A DNA stretch of 63,821 bases, filler included, from Chiloscyllium plagiosum (taxonomy: Eukaryota): NCBI RefSeq assembly GCF_004010195.1. It is 4 parts of one record of this genome, joined end to end, with 100 filler letters (N's around TTAATTAATTAA, not from the genome) between each part and the next. Parts side by side here need not be neighbours in the genome. Positions count along the whole stretch, not along the records: positions 1 to 19,288 come from NC_057715.1; positions 19,389 to 28,209 come from NC_057715.1; 2 more parts are not named here. One strand, 5' to 3'. The notes beneath the pieces were generated by a model. It saw only the letters and a program-made list of their open reading frames with translations. It ran no database searches and had not been told where the DNA came from. This document shows positions 11,294 to 22,210 of the stretch, piece after piece (the stretch's first letter is position 1; each line of letters opens with the position of its first letter). A program made the position numbers and the translations under genes.

Positions 11294-12730
11294 GAGTTGA
11301 GTGTGTGGTGCTGGAAAAGCAGAACAGGTCAAGCAGCATCCGAAGACCAGGAAACTCAACATTTTGGAGGAGAGGGTGGAGCCGATGGGTGGGAAGGAAG
11401 ATGGACAGGTAGAACAGGTCATGAAGGTGGAGCCGAGCTAGAAGGTTGAAACTGGGATAAGGTGGGAGGAGCGGAAATTCATGGACCTCCCCATCTCCAT
11501 CAATGGTGACCGACTCAACGCTGATATTTTCTACAAACCCACCGACTCCCACAATTACCTGGATTACACCTTCTCCCACTCTGCCTCCTGTAAAAATGAT
11601 ATCCTTTATTCCCAAATCCTCCGCCGCATCTGCTCCCAGGAAGACCAGTTCCACCATAGAACGCACCTGTTGGCCTCCTTCATTAAAGACTGTAACTTTC
11701 CCTTGACAACATAGTGGAAGATGCTCTCCAATGCATCTCATCCACGTCTGATATCTCTGCCCTCAAATCCCACTCCTCTAAATGCAACAACTACAGAATT
11801 CCCCTGGTCCTCACTTTCCATTCCCCACCAACCTCTGTATACATCGCATCATCCTCTGCCATTTCCGCCACCTACAAATGGACCCCACCACCAGGGATAT
11901 ATTTCCCTCCCCACCCTTATCCACCTTTCCATAAAGACAATTCTCTCCGTGACTAGCTCGTCAGGTCCACGCTCCCCAACAAGCCACACACCCCTCCCGA
12001 CACCTTCCCCTGCCTCCGCAGGAATTGCAAAACCCAAACCTCACCTCCCCCTCACCTCTGTCCAAGGCCCCAAAGGACCCTTCCACTTCCATCAAAATTT
12101 CACCTTCACTTTCACATATGTCATTTACTGGATCCATTGCTCCCGATGTAGTCTCGTCTACATTGGGGAGACTGACAGCCGACTCGCAGAGTGCTTCAGA
12201 GACCATCTCCAGGACACCCGCACAAACCAAACCCACCGCCCTTTTGCCAAACACTTTAACTCCCCCTCCCACTCTGCCAAGGACATGTAGGTCCCGAGGT
12301 CTCCTCCATTGCCACTCCGTTACCACCCGACGCCGAAGGAAGAACACCTATTCTTCCACCTCGGGACTCTCCAACTCTATGGCATCAATGTGGATTTCAC
12401 CAGTTTCCTCGTTTCCCCTCCCTCCCACCTTCTCCCAATTCCAACCTTCCAGCTCAGCACTGTCCAACTTCCTTCTCACCCATCCACTCCACCCTCCCCT
12501 CCAACCTATTACGTTTATCCCCACCTCCATCCATCTATCACACTCAGCTACCTTCCCCCCGGCCCCATCCCCCTCCCACCACTGAAGCTCCGAGCCTTAT
12601 TCCTGATTAAGGGACTTTTGCCCGAAACATCGATTTTCCAGCTCCTCGGATGCTGCCTGTCCTGCTGTGCTTTTCCAGCTCCACACTCTCAACTCTAATC
12701 TCCATTATCTGCAGTCCTCACTTTTGCCAA
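11294..12730 (+). mobile_element. 5'-truncated Penelope-like element (RT thumb + GIY-YIG endonuclease + pLTR) with an inverted pLTR copy at its 5' end
   Basis: FMDLPISINGDRLNADIFYKPTDSHNYLDY..SH...SQILRRICS (PLE RT); VIYWIHCSRCSLVYIGET...HFNSPSH (GIY-YIG); 11294-11479 is an inverted copy of ~12411-12695. Confidence 0.92.
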
Positions 12731-13473
12731 TATTACAAACAGCTGTAATATTAGTCTTGCGTGCTCTGGTAATTGAAATATTCAGCTTGTATCAGTTCAG
12801 AAGATGGCAAAATAAAATTATGTGCAGATTGAAAGATGAGGCTTGAATGAACCTGAAGGGCTGATTGTTATTATAAAAGGGATTGTATGAATTAAGTAGT
12901 TAGATCTTTTTGGTATTTTAACTAATTATATTCATAAATAATGTGGAATCAATGCATAGATTGTTGATTACGATCTCAAGAATGGTTCACAGATTGAAAG
13001 GAAAATGGTGATCCTAAGACAGATATCTTTGGATCGAGAGGGTGGAGATGTTGGCCAGGGGTTGCGGGATGATTAGGCCAAAGGATAAAAATGCAGGATT
13101 CAATGTGCCATCAGCAAAAACCTTGGAGAGCAGACTTGACGATTTTGTGGGTCCCACATTTTTAAATGTGAAGAGGACTTTAAGACCTGGAAGAAATTGT
13201 CTGACTAGCATGAGCTTCTGTTTATGTCATAGATTCATGCAGCATGGTCCAACCAGTCTATGCCGAATAGAATCCCAAACTAAACTAATCCCTCCTGCCT
13301 GCGATTCTTGGGTATTTGCTGTTATTTTTGTTCACTGTTCAGGAAACATCAAGGTCTGTGATGTGCAATTGAATTTTCACCTTGCATGAATTATATGCCT
13401 GCTGTTCACCTTTTCCTAACCAAATGGTGTAAATTGTATGTTTGTTTTAACTAAACTAACAAAGGTATTGATT

Positions 13474-13915
13474 AGAGTCATAGAGATGTACAGCATGGAA
13501 ACAGACCCTTCGGTTCAACTCGTCCATGCTGACCAGATATCCTAACCTAATCTCAATCCATTTGCCAGCACTTGGCCCATATCCCTCTAAACCCTTCTTA
13601 TTCATATACCCAGCAGATGCCTATAAAAAGTTGTAATTTTACCAACCTCCATCACTTCTTCTGGCAGCTCATTCCATGCACCCACAACCCTCTGTGTGAA
13701 AATGTTGCTCCTCAGATCCCTTTTAAACTTTTCCCCTCTCACCCTAAAGCTTTCCCTCTAGTTTTGGACTCCCGCGCCCCAGGGAAAAGACCTTGTCTTT
13801 TTACCCTATCCATGCCCTCATGATTTTATAAACCTTTATAAGATCAATCCTCAGCCTCTGACGCTCCAGGGAAAACAGCTTCAGCCTATTCAGTCTCTCC
13901 CTGTAGCTCAAATCT
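13474..13915 (-). mobile_element. CR1 LINE 3' end
   Basis: Starts with the reverse-complement tail AGAGTCATAGAG; same 3' UTR as 28780-29148. Confidence 0.9.
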
Positions 13916-13959
13916 AATTAGTTATCCACTTGTACTGTTGTCTAGGGCAGTAACCAGGC

Positions 13960-15100
13960 AACACTTCTTCAGTGCTTTGAGCATTCCCACCTTTCGGGCA
14001 GTATGTTCCAGATACCCACCAGTCTTAGGATGATAAATATTTCCTCAAATCCCGATGAAAACCTCTGCTGATAAACCTCTCCTGTCCACGTTTTAAGAAT
14101 TCTGCCACCTCTGTGCCTTTTACATTTTCTGTGTCCCAGATAATGTTGGGGTAATTGAAATCCCAACTCTTATGACCTTATTAGTTTTACATTTCTTTGA
14201 GATGTGCTTACATACTCGTCTCCCCATCTCTCTCTGACTATTTGGGGTAAATAAGACACCGCACCCAACGCGATTACCCCATTTTTATGATTAAATTCTA
14301 CCCAGACGGCCTGATCCGAGGTGCCTTCTAAGATATCATCACTCCCTATTGTAGTAAGTGATGCCTTGGTCAATATTGCAACACTGCCTCTGTTACATAC
14401 TGCCTTCTGGCCTGAAGCTTCTATACCATGGAAGAGGCTCTCCATGATGCTGGTCTGTTTTACTGCCACTTCCACCTCTGTGCTCACTTCTACAACCAGG
14501 AATTCCCATGCCCCACCTATCCCCTCGCCCACCTCCAGTGTTCATCCTCCACTTGGACCCCTTCCTCTTGCCTCTTACCTGCCCTCAATCTCTTCACTGC
14601 AAACTATCAGTGTAACGTTGGCTGTTGCAATTTCTCTGCTCCTCTCACCCATTCTCCCTGATCCCTTCTGAAATGGCACCACTTCGCTCTCTCAGGTCCA
14701 TTTTCATATTTGTCATCATACCCGCTAGCAGGGGTGGTGCCCTTGTAATCTGGCATGTTGATCTTTACCTTGAAGGTGCTTAACGCCAACTCTCCAACAC
14801 GTTTTCCAACCTCTCCCTGAACCATGACCCCACATCCCAACATCAAGGCATTGTTGCCAGCAGTGTCCCTGTGAGTGCCCCTCATGACTGAGATTCCCAC
14901 CACTATTGTTCTCCAGCTCTTTCTGATTCCCACATTGTGCAGCTGAGCTCTGGCTGCACTCCCCAGAGGAGCCGTCACTCTCTCTGTTTTCCAACACAGA
15001 AAATCGCTTCCTGAGTGAGATGCACCATGGGGCTTTCCTGAATCTCTGATACCACTGACTGGTGATCAGTGTCAGTCAGAAACACTTCAGCTGCCAGGTG
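13960..15100. mobile_element. Mosaic of old CR1 (minus; endonuclease and ORF1 remnants) and Penelope (plus) fragments
   Basis: DDILEGTSDQAVWVEFNHKNGVIALG (CR1 endonuclease-like); SSSTWTPSSCLLPALNLF (PLE-like); highly decayed. Confidence 0.55.
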
Positions 15101-15659
15101 ACCACACCCAAGCTCTAAAGCCCCATTCTGAAGCTGATCAAACCATACTACATCCTGCAGACGTGGTCAGGGAAGGTGAGTGCAGACCCCGAGCCTTGCC
15201 CTCTCTCCATCCGCTGCCCTGGGGAGAGATGACCCCAATGATCCAGCAGTCACTACTCCCAGAATGGAAGTGCATTTATGTGACACGTGCTGGTACAACA
15301 GCACTCCTGCAGTTTATTTAACGTGAAACAGAATCTTTATTTACAGCAACATGGATGAGCGCAAACAGAATTGTTAAAAGTTGTATGTTTTTGGACCAGT
15401 TTCTAATAAAAGGTTAGTATCTGGAGGAGATCAATTCACTATAATGTCCACGATCTGGAGGAGGTCAATGTTGACACAAAACTGAGGATTCAGAGAGATC
15501 ACTTGCTGTTAAAATTTGAGGATCTGACAGAGATCAGATAATGTTAAAGATGTGAAGGCCATCAGATGTTGTGATGTAGCAAAGTTGGTGTGACAGAAAC
15601 ATTGATGTTGAGAAGGTCTGTTTGTTTATTGACGGTGAGGATCGGGATGTGGAGCACAA

Positions 15660-15987
15660 TAGTTGGTATGAGAAGACAAGGGTCTGGGCCATATTCCGAA
15701 CCTGATGTGCTGAGGTCTCATTTGGGGACTATGCAGCAGCAACTGCAAATTAATCTTTTGCACCAGGACGTCCATTGGGTGATCCGGAAGCGATGGGTCT
15801 GCTTGGTGAGGAATGCTGCTAAGGCCGTTGCTTGATCGCGGTGATGGTCCTGGTTGGAACTGAAGGATACACAGTCCGAAATGTAGCAACTCACCATGTC
15901 GGGGTAATCGTCAACGAGTTGACGAGAAATACGTTTCAGGACGTTTCAGTAACTCCAGCCTGGTGCCTCGAAACACCTCTCTGTTAA
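15660..15987 (-). pseudogene. Decayed C-terminal part of an MROH-like HEAT-repeat gene
   Basis: Hand translation: LTERCFEAPGWSY*NVLKRISRQLVDDYPDMVSCYISDCVSFSSNQDHHRDQATALAAFLTK, then after frameshifts MDVLVQKINLQLLL and ETSAHQVRNMAQTL. This matches my recollection of the last HEAT repeats of MROH1-type proteins. In-frame stop at 15946-15948; minus-strand AATAAA at 15313-15318 and 15336-15341. Confidence 0.55.
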
Positions 15988-16483
15988 GGAGCGGCATAGT
16001 GGCTCAGTGGTTAGCACTGCTGCCTCACAGCGCCAGATCCCAGGTTTGATTCCAGTCTTGGGTGACTGTCTGTGTGGAGTTTGCACATTCCTCTTGTGTC
16101 TGTGTGGGTTTCCTCCAGGTGCTCCGCTTTCCTCCCACAGTCCAAAGATGTGCAGGTCAGGTGAATTGGCCATGTTAAATTGCTCATAGTGTGAGGTGCA
16201 TTAGACAATAGACAGACAATAGACAATAGACAATAGGTACAGGAGTAGGCCATTCAGCCCTTCTAGCCTGCACCGCCATTCAATATGATCATGGCTGATC
16301 ATTCCTAATCAGTATCCTCTTCCTGCCTTATCTCCATAACCCTTGATTCCACTATCCTTGAGAGCTCTATCCAACTCTTTCTTAAATGAATCCAGAGACT
16401 GGGCCTCCACTGTCCTCTGGGGCAGAGCATTCCACACAGCCACCACTCTCTGGGTGAAGAAGTTTCTCCCCATCTCTGTCCTT

Positions 16484-16633
16484 AATGAGGTAAAAACAAT
16501 GACTGCAGATGCTGGAAACCAGATTCTGGATCAATGGTGCTGGAAGAGCACAGCAGTTCAGGCAGCATCGAGGAGCTTCAGCAAAATCGACGTTTCGGGC
16601 AAAAGCCCTTCATCAGGAATAAAGGCAGAGAGC
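16484..16633 (-). mobile_element. Penelope-like element pseudo-LTR (3' end), continuing into a gap
   Basis: Shares GAGGTAAAAACAATGACTGCAGATGCTGGA with the sequence just upstream of the PLE ORF at ~20253-20282; homologous to the pLTR at 12600-12720. Confidence 0.88.
16585..16620 (-). ncRNA. Minimal type-I hammerhead ribozyme motif, intact core
   Basis: Minus strand ATTC-CTGATGA-A-GGGC TTTT GCCC-GAAA-CG-TC-GATT: CUGANGA, stem II, GAAA, palindromic ACGU in place of stem III, UC cleavage site. Confidence 0.75.
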
Positions 16634-17271
16634 NNNNNNNNNNNNNNNNNNNNNNNNNNNNNNNNNNNNNNNNNNNNNNNNNNNNNNNNNNNNNNNNNNN
16701 NNNNNNNNNNNNNNNNNNNNNNNNNNNNNNNNNNNNNNNNNNNNNNNNNNNNNNNNNNNNNNNNNNNNNNNNNNNNNNNNNNNNNNNNNNNNNNNNNNNN
16801 NNNNNNNNNNNNNNNNNNNNNNNNNNNNNNNNNNNNNNNNNNNNNNNNNNNNNNNNNNNNNNNNNNNNNNNNNNNNNNNNNNNNNNNNNNNNNNNNNNNN
16901 NNNNNNNNNNNNNNNNNNNNNNNNNNNNNNNNNNNNNNNNNNNNNNNNNNNNNNNNNNNNNNNNNNNNNNNNNNNNNNNNNNNNNNNNTCATTGCCTGCC
17001 ATTCCGAAATGGAGCCGTTTATCACTACCTTTTGTTTCCTATCAGCCAACCAATTTTCAATCCAATCTAGTACTTTGCCCCCAATACCATGCACCCTAAT
17101 TTTACTCACTAACCTCCTGTGTGGGACTTTATCAAAAGCTTTCTGAAAGTCCAGGTACACTACATTAGTCAGAGGGAAATGGGTCTGGTAAATTACTCTT
17201 CAGAGGGTCAGTGTGGACTGGTTGGGCTGAAGGGCCTGTTTCTACACTGTTGGGAATCTAATCTAAATCTG

Positions 17272-18123
17272 GAAATAAGCCTGAATCTCACGAGAAGCTG
17301 CAAGATCCATGTTACCCTCAGTCCACCATTTTCAAACTTTTTTCTGTTTTCAACATCCCTCAACATCGGTGTCATTCCTGTTGAAAGCCATCATTGGTAC
17401 ATTCCGTTTTCTGGGAGAACACTTGCTCTCCCAAACTCTCTTCACTGAGGAACTCTTCCTGTTACATCATCTGCAGAATCTTTAATCAGAGCAACATCCA
17501 TTGTCACATGTGGCAGCTCTGTGCAAGCTGGTAGTTTCTTTTTCGCAATATCTTGGATTTCTGAGTTAGCTCATTTCTTCTTGACCATTTCCTGAATCTG
17601 TGCCATGGTTTGGAGATGCTGGTGTTGGACTGGGGTGTACAATGTTAAAACCTGGATTTTTAACTCTGAATCTGTGCAGTTTGATTTGGAAACTTTTGAG
17701 TCATATGAAGCTCAGCTTCATTTTGTGTCAGGTAACCTTAATTCTCAAACTGTTGAATTAGCTGTGCTGAAGTATGTAATTGCTTTAATTTGCTTTATTG
17801 AGTGAGTTGGACATTTTCATTGGCCCTGTGTGGGTGATATCCTGGTGAATTAGATATTTTCACATCCTCAATCATGTTACTCCAGTCTTACTGCTTATTT
17901 AGTCTTACCTCTGTCAATGGGAATGACAATTCATTTTTTTGGAGATGAAGGATTTAGATCTTCCACTTGTACTTGGGTTATCTCATCACCTGACATTAAA
18001 GTCAAATCTCCTGTACTAATTTGTTCCCCATATTGCTTTACTGTCTGAATAACATCAGTTATTCATCCATGAGCTCAAGTGGGTTGTACTGGAAATTTAT
18101 TCTTTCCTCATCTGCATTTTAGA
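17272..18123 (-). pseudogene. Decayed coding-like segment, copy 2 of the duplicated block
   Basis: Collinear paralog of 918-1699; minus frame includes NMIEDVKISNSPGYHPHRANENVQLTQ*SKLKQLHTSAQLIQQFEN*GYLTQNEAELHMTQKFPNQTAQIQ; followed by the same CR1 tail (18121-18266). Confidence 0.45.
17604..17665. mobile_element. 62-bp Penelope pLTR-derived micro-insertion with a 12-bp target-site duplication
   Basis: CTGAATCTGTGC at 17592-17603 and 17666-17677; the paralog near 1236 has the motif once; the insert resembles the pLTR end at ~33720-33755 (reverse complement). Confidence 0.75.
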
Positions 18124-18265
18124 GTCATAGAGCTGCAGAGTGTGGCAATAGCCTCTTTGGTACACCTTGTCCATGCCGATCAGATATCCTAAACTAATCC
18201 AGTCCCATTTGCTTGCATTTGGCTCATATTCCTTTTAACTCTTCCTATTCATATACCAATCCAGA

Positions 18266-19288
18266 ATGACTTTCACCTTGGTTATGGAGAGAGATAGGTG
18301 CGCACAACAAGGTAGATTTTATAATTGGGGGAAGGGAAATTACGATGCTGTAAGGCAGGATTTGAGGAGCATATATTGGGAGCATAGGCTGTCAGGGAAG
18401 GATGTGGTGGAAATGTGGAACTTTTTCAAAGAGCAGATACGACGTGTCCATGATATGTATGTACCTATCAGGCAGGAAAGAAATGGTCGTGTGAGGGAGC
18501 TTTGGTTGACGAGAGAGGTTGAATGTCTGGTAAAGAGGAAGAAGGTGGCTTACATAAGGTTGAGGAAACAGGATTCAGACAGAGCAGTGGAGGGATACAG
18601 GATAGCCAGAAGGGACCTGAAGAAAGGGATTAGGAGAGCTAAGAGAGGGCATGAAAAATCGTTGGCGGATAGGATCAAGGATAACCCCAAGGCATTTTAT
18701 GCGTATGTGAGAAACCTGAGAATGACGAGAACGAGGGTAGGTCCGATCAAGGACAGTAGTGGGAGACTGTATATTGAGTCGGAAGTACTTCTCTTCAGTA
18801 TTTACGAACGAGAGGGACCGTATTGTAGAAGAGGAGAGTGTGAAATGGACTGGTAAGCTAGAAGAGATACCTGTTAGGAAGGAAGATGTGTTGGACATTT
18901 TGAACAACTTGAGGATAGACAAGTCCCCCGGGCCTGACAGGATATATCCTAGGATTATGTGGGAAGCAAGAGAGGAAATTGCAGTACCGTTGGCAATGAT
19001 ATTCTCGTCTTCACTGGCAACGGGGGTGGTACCAGGGGACTGGAGAGTAGCGAATGTTGTGCCCCTGTTCAAAAAAGGGAATAGGGATAACCCCGGGAAT
19101 TACAGACCTGTTAGTCTTACTTCTGTGGTAGGCAAAGTAATGGAAAGGGTACTGAGGGATAGGATTTATGAGTATCTGGAAAGACACTGCTTGATTAGGG
19201 ACAGCCAGCACGGATTTGTGAAGGGTAGGTCTTGCCTTACAAGTCATATTGAATTCTTCGAGGAGGTGACCAAGCATGAGGATGAGGG
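18266..19288 (+). mobile_element. Young CR1 ORF2 internal fragment (endonuclease-RT linker to RT start)
   Basis: IKDNPKAFYAY, KSPGPDRIYPR, DWRVANVVPLFKKGNRDNPGNYRPVSLTS, SQHGFVKGRSC; one frameshifting deletion near 18783. Confidence 0.95.
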
Positions 19289-19388
19289 NNNNNNNNNNNN
19301 NNNNNNNNNNNNNNNNNNNNNNNNNNNNNNNNTTAATTAATTAANNNNNNNNNNNNNNNNNNNNNNNNNNNNNNNNNNNNNNNNNNNN
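19289..19388. other. 100-bp assembly linker (N44-TTAATTAATTAA-N44); identical linkers at 28210-28309 and 59069-59168; plain N gaps at 9074-9573 and 16634-16988
   Basis: The same palindromic 12-mer with stops in all six frames is centred in three N-runs. Confidence 0.95.
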
Positions 19389-20283
19389 GGGGGGTGGGGA
19401 TAGTGACAGTGGGGTCTGTGGGGGGCGTGTCAGCAGAATGCAGGTGAGTGGCGCTGGTGGGGGCGGAGGTGGTGGCAGACATGGCAGTAGGGGTGACGGA
19501 AATCACTGAGCGTGTGGCATCAGCGATGATGTGAGGGGCGGATGTGATGTCACGTGTGATGCATGAGGAATTGTGAGGGGTGGAAGTGGTTGTGGGAGTG
19601 GCCATGATGGGGGCAGAAGTGACATCATCAATCAGCGTGGGGTTGGTAGCTGCATCAGCCGCATGGCTAATGGTGTTTCCGAGGCCAGGGGAATCTTCTG
19701 GAATGTTTGAGGAGCGCTGGTTATGGAGGTGGGTAGATAAAAGTTTGTTGTACTTACAGTTTTTGATGTTTGAGATGGAGTTGAAATACTGTTTGTTGAG
19801 AGTATAAATTCTCCTGAGGATGGAGTACAGAGTGGGTCCTTTGCAATTCTGAGAGAGTGTGGCCCTCAGCTGAGGCAGGGCTGACTGTAGCGAGGTTAGG
19901 TGCCAGCGCATTGCTGCAAGCATGGAGCGGAGGATCTTGAAGGAGAACTGTTGCTGGTGTTTTTGAATCTGTGGTCTGTACTGTTCATCCTGTTTGGTCC
20001 GAACTCTGCTGGTTTAAAGGTGGTCCGGAGTCCGTGTGGGATGAGTTGGTTACGGAGGCAGGCACTGAGGAAGCAAATGAGGCTATGGTACCGAGTTTGT
20101 TTCACCACATGGTTGAAGAGCTTCAGGGCAGAGGAAATGACCTGGGAGTTGCAGTGGGAGAAGGACTCCCTGAGATTCTTGTAGAGAGAGGAGGAAAACT
20201 TCTTCAAGGCAGGCATCCTTGCAAGAGGATTCGCAGTAGGGTTAAAATCAACGAGGTAAAAACAATGACTGCAGATGCTGGAC
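19389..20283 (-). mobile_element. 5' part of a Penelope-like element ORF (N-terminal domain and T/P-rich linker)
   Basis: MPALKKFSSSLYK...RYHSLICFLSACLRNQLIPHGL (PLE N-terminal FL..C....L.P.GL motif), one frameshift; preceded by the pLTR end also seen at 16487. Confidence 0.8.
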
Positions 20284-20764
20284 CTTGGTTAGTAGCAATG
20301 CTACTGAGCCACTATCGCAGGTAGGCATTGAACTTACCCAGTCAGAATGCTTCTTTGCCAACCCCATGGCTTCCTTCCAGTGTTGTTCAATGAAGAATAT
20401 AGGTTTATTACCAGAGGAGGTGGGGTGTTTTTACAAAATTACAGTGCAGAAATTAAATTATGCTTTTTAAAGAGGGGAAAGAGTGAACTTTCAACAGTTT
20501 ATAACCTTGCAGAATTAATAACTCAGTCCCATCGATTTCAAAGTAAATAATAGTACTGAGATAAATGAGAAGGTTTTCTTAAAAAGCGAATTGCATTTGT
20601 TTCGATTCCATGCAGTTTGGAAAGCTTTTTTTTAATGGGGTAATTTTCAGTCCTCAAAAATCCTTGGTAATCTTTGTTTCTGGAGTGCAGCATTGGCAAA
20701 TCCAATTTAGTTATTTTCATACTGGGATTCATGTCATTTCTGCTGACTCTCAAAATTTATATAT

Positions 20765-21007
20765 TATGATGAGAATAAATTTTCTTCACCCAGAGAATGG
20801 TAAATCTGTGGAATTCTCTGCCACAAAACATGGTTGAGGCCATAATGTTGAATGTTTTCATGAAGAGGTTAGATGTCATTCTATGGCTATGAGGAAAACG
20901 TGGGAGCAGGGTACTGAGTAGGATAGTCTGTGATCATATTAAAAGATAGAAACAGTATTGAAGGGCAGAATGGCCTTGTCTTGCTGTTAATGTATATGTT
21001 TCTATGT
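20765..21007 (+). mobile_element. Old CR1 3' end
   Basis: INFLHPENGKSVEF overlaps a decayed FF.QR.V.LWNSLP motif; (TATGTTTC)-like tail. Confidence 0.8.
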
Positions 21008-21344
21008 CAAGATTCCAAATCCATTGATGGGCCTTTCTGGATACTGTGGAAGATTTAAACTCATTTTGGCGAATGTCAGTAGTTTTGATGTGTTAAAATC
21101 CTATGAATTACACTTGTTATGCAGTTGTGTGTCTTAGAGTACAGCAACGTAGGGCAGACATTATTAGCTGGATGTAAATTTAAGACCCAAACAAGAGTGC
21201 CCTGGTGCCCGAGAGTACCATGGGCAGACTAAATTATTGGAGAATGGGCTTGACTGTCTGTCAGTGGAAGGAAGTGCCTCTGGAGATACCAAAGAGTCAA
21301 ACTGAATGGCAGTCTCCATAACCTTGACAATGCTGGAGCTGGAC

Positions 21345-22210
21345 AAAAAGAAACCCAAAAGAATTGCAGAAGCTGGAAATCTGTAAATAAAACAGAAATT
21401 GCTGGAAAATCTGAGCAGGTCTGGCGGTATCAATGGAGAGATATCAACGTTAAATGTTTAGGTTCCAGTGATCAGTCTTCAAAGCTGATGGTTGTTAGGA
21501 AAAGGATGGATGTTATTCAGAACATGGGGTGTGGGGGAGTAAATTAAAGGCGATAATAGAGCCCAAAAAGAGAAAAATACAGTTGGATAGTGGTTAAAAG
21601 TCAGTCTGGGAGAATGAATAGCTGATAATGGGTGGTGTGTGGTAGCAGTTTTTGTAATGACAAGGCCTGGTGTGTGGGGATGGGGAAACCATGTGGAAAA
21701 ATGTTCAAGTCCTGAAATTGATGAATTCAATATTAAGTCTAAAAGACTGCAGGGTTCCCAAGCAGAAAATGAGGTGCAGTTTTTCCAGCTTCAGTGAGTG
21801 AGCTTAAGACAGACATGTTGGCCAGAGAGCATAGTGGTGTATTGAAGTGGCCCGGGAAGCTCAGGGTCTTTTCTGATAACAGAATGTATGTGCTTCATTT
21901 TTCCAATGGTGGGAGACCTGGAGTTCATTGAATATTGGATATCAGTCCTTAGACGGTTCAGTGGATCTCCACAACTCAGTAATTAAGAGGAATTAGGCAT
22001 GGAGGATTTGGAAACCTTGGAAAGAGGTATGGGGGAGGAGAGGAAGGAAAGGGAGGTACCAACATTTGACGTGGGGGTCGTCATGAACCCAGGGCACCCT
22101 TTGAAGATAGCACCTTTCCCTTCTGTGTTCTTAAAACGTGTTAAAGTCAAAGGGCTTCCTATTTCCACCCACCATCATGTTATAGATGTTCTGATACATC
22201 TCCGGCCAGG
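21345..22210 (-). mobile_element. Old Penelope-like element (pLTR and decayed ORF end)
   Basis: pLTR-type GCAGAAGCTGGAAATCTG...TGCTGGAAAATCTGAGCAGGTCTGGC; reverse-strand remnant of the LIF.LGTLQ..GLNIEF-type C-terminus also seen at 12345-12400. Confidence 0.65.

Larger units (their letters stand above)
16205..17162 (-). mobile_element. CR1 LINE, 5'-truncated, with (TCTATTG)n tail; interrupted by a Penelope element and a gap
   Basis: YLDFQKAFDKVPHRRLVSKIRVHGIGGKVLDWIENWLADRKQ; 3' UTR and tail at 16205-16483. Confidence 0.9.
15988..17270 (+). mobile_element. HE1-type tRNA-derived V-SINE split by a CR1 insertion (halves 15988-16204 and 17163-17270)
   Basis: A-box-like GTGGCTCAGTGG, degenerate B-box GGTTTGATTCC, V-domain TGTGTGGAGTTTGCAC...TCCAAAGATGTGCAGG, tail AATCTAATCTAAATC; CATTAG duplicated at both breakpoints. 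Confidence 0.85.

Noticed and set aside
15988..16060. tRNA gene
   Set aside because: The A/B-box region is the head of a SINE and runs into the V-domain; no acceptor stem evident
19333..19344. Palindrome TTAATTAATTAA (also 28254-28265 and 59113-59124)
   Set aside because: Identical artificial linker centred in 100-bp N gaps
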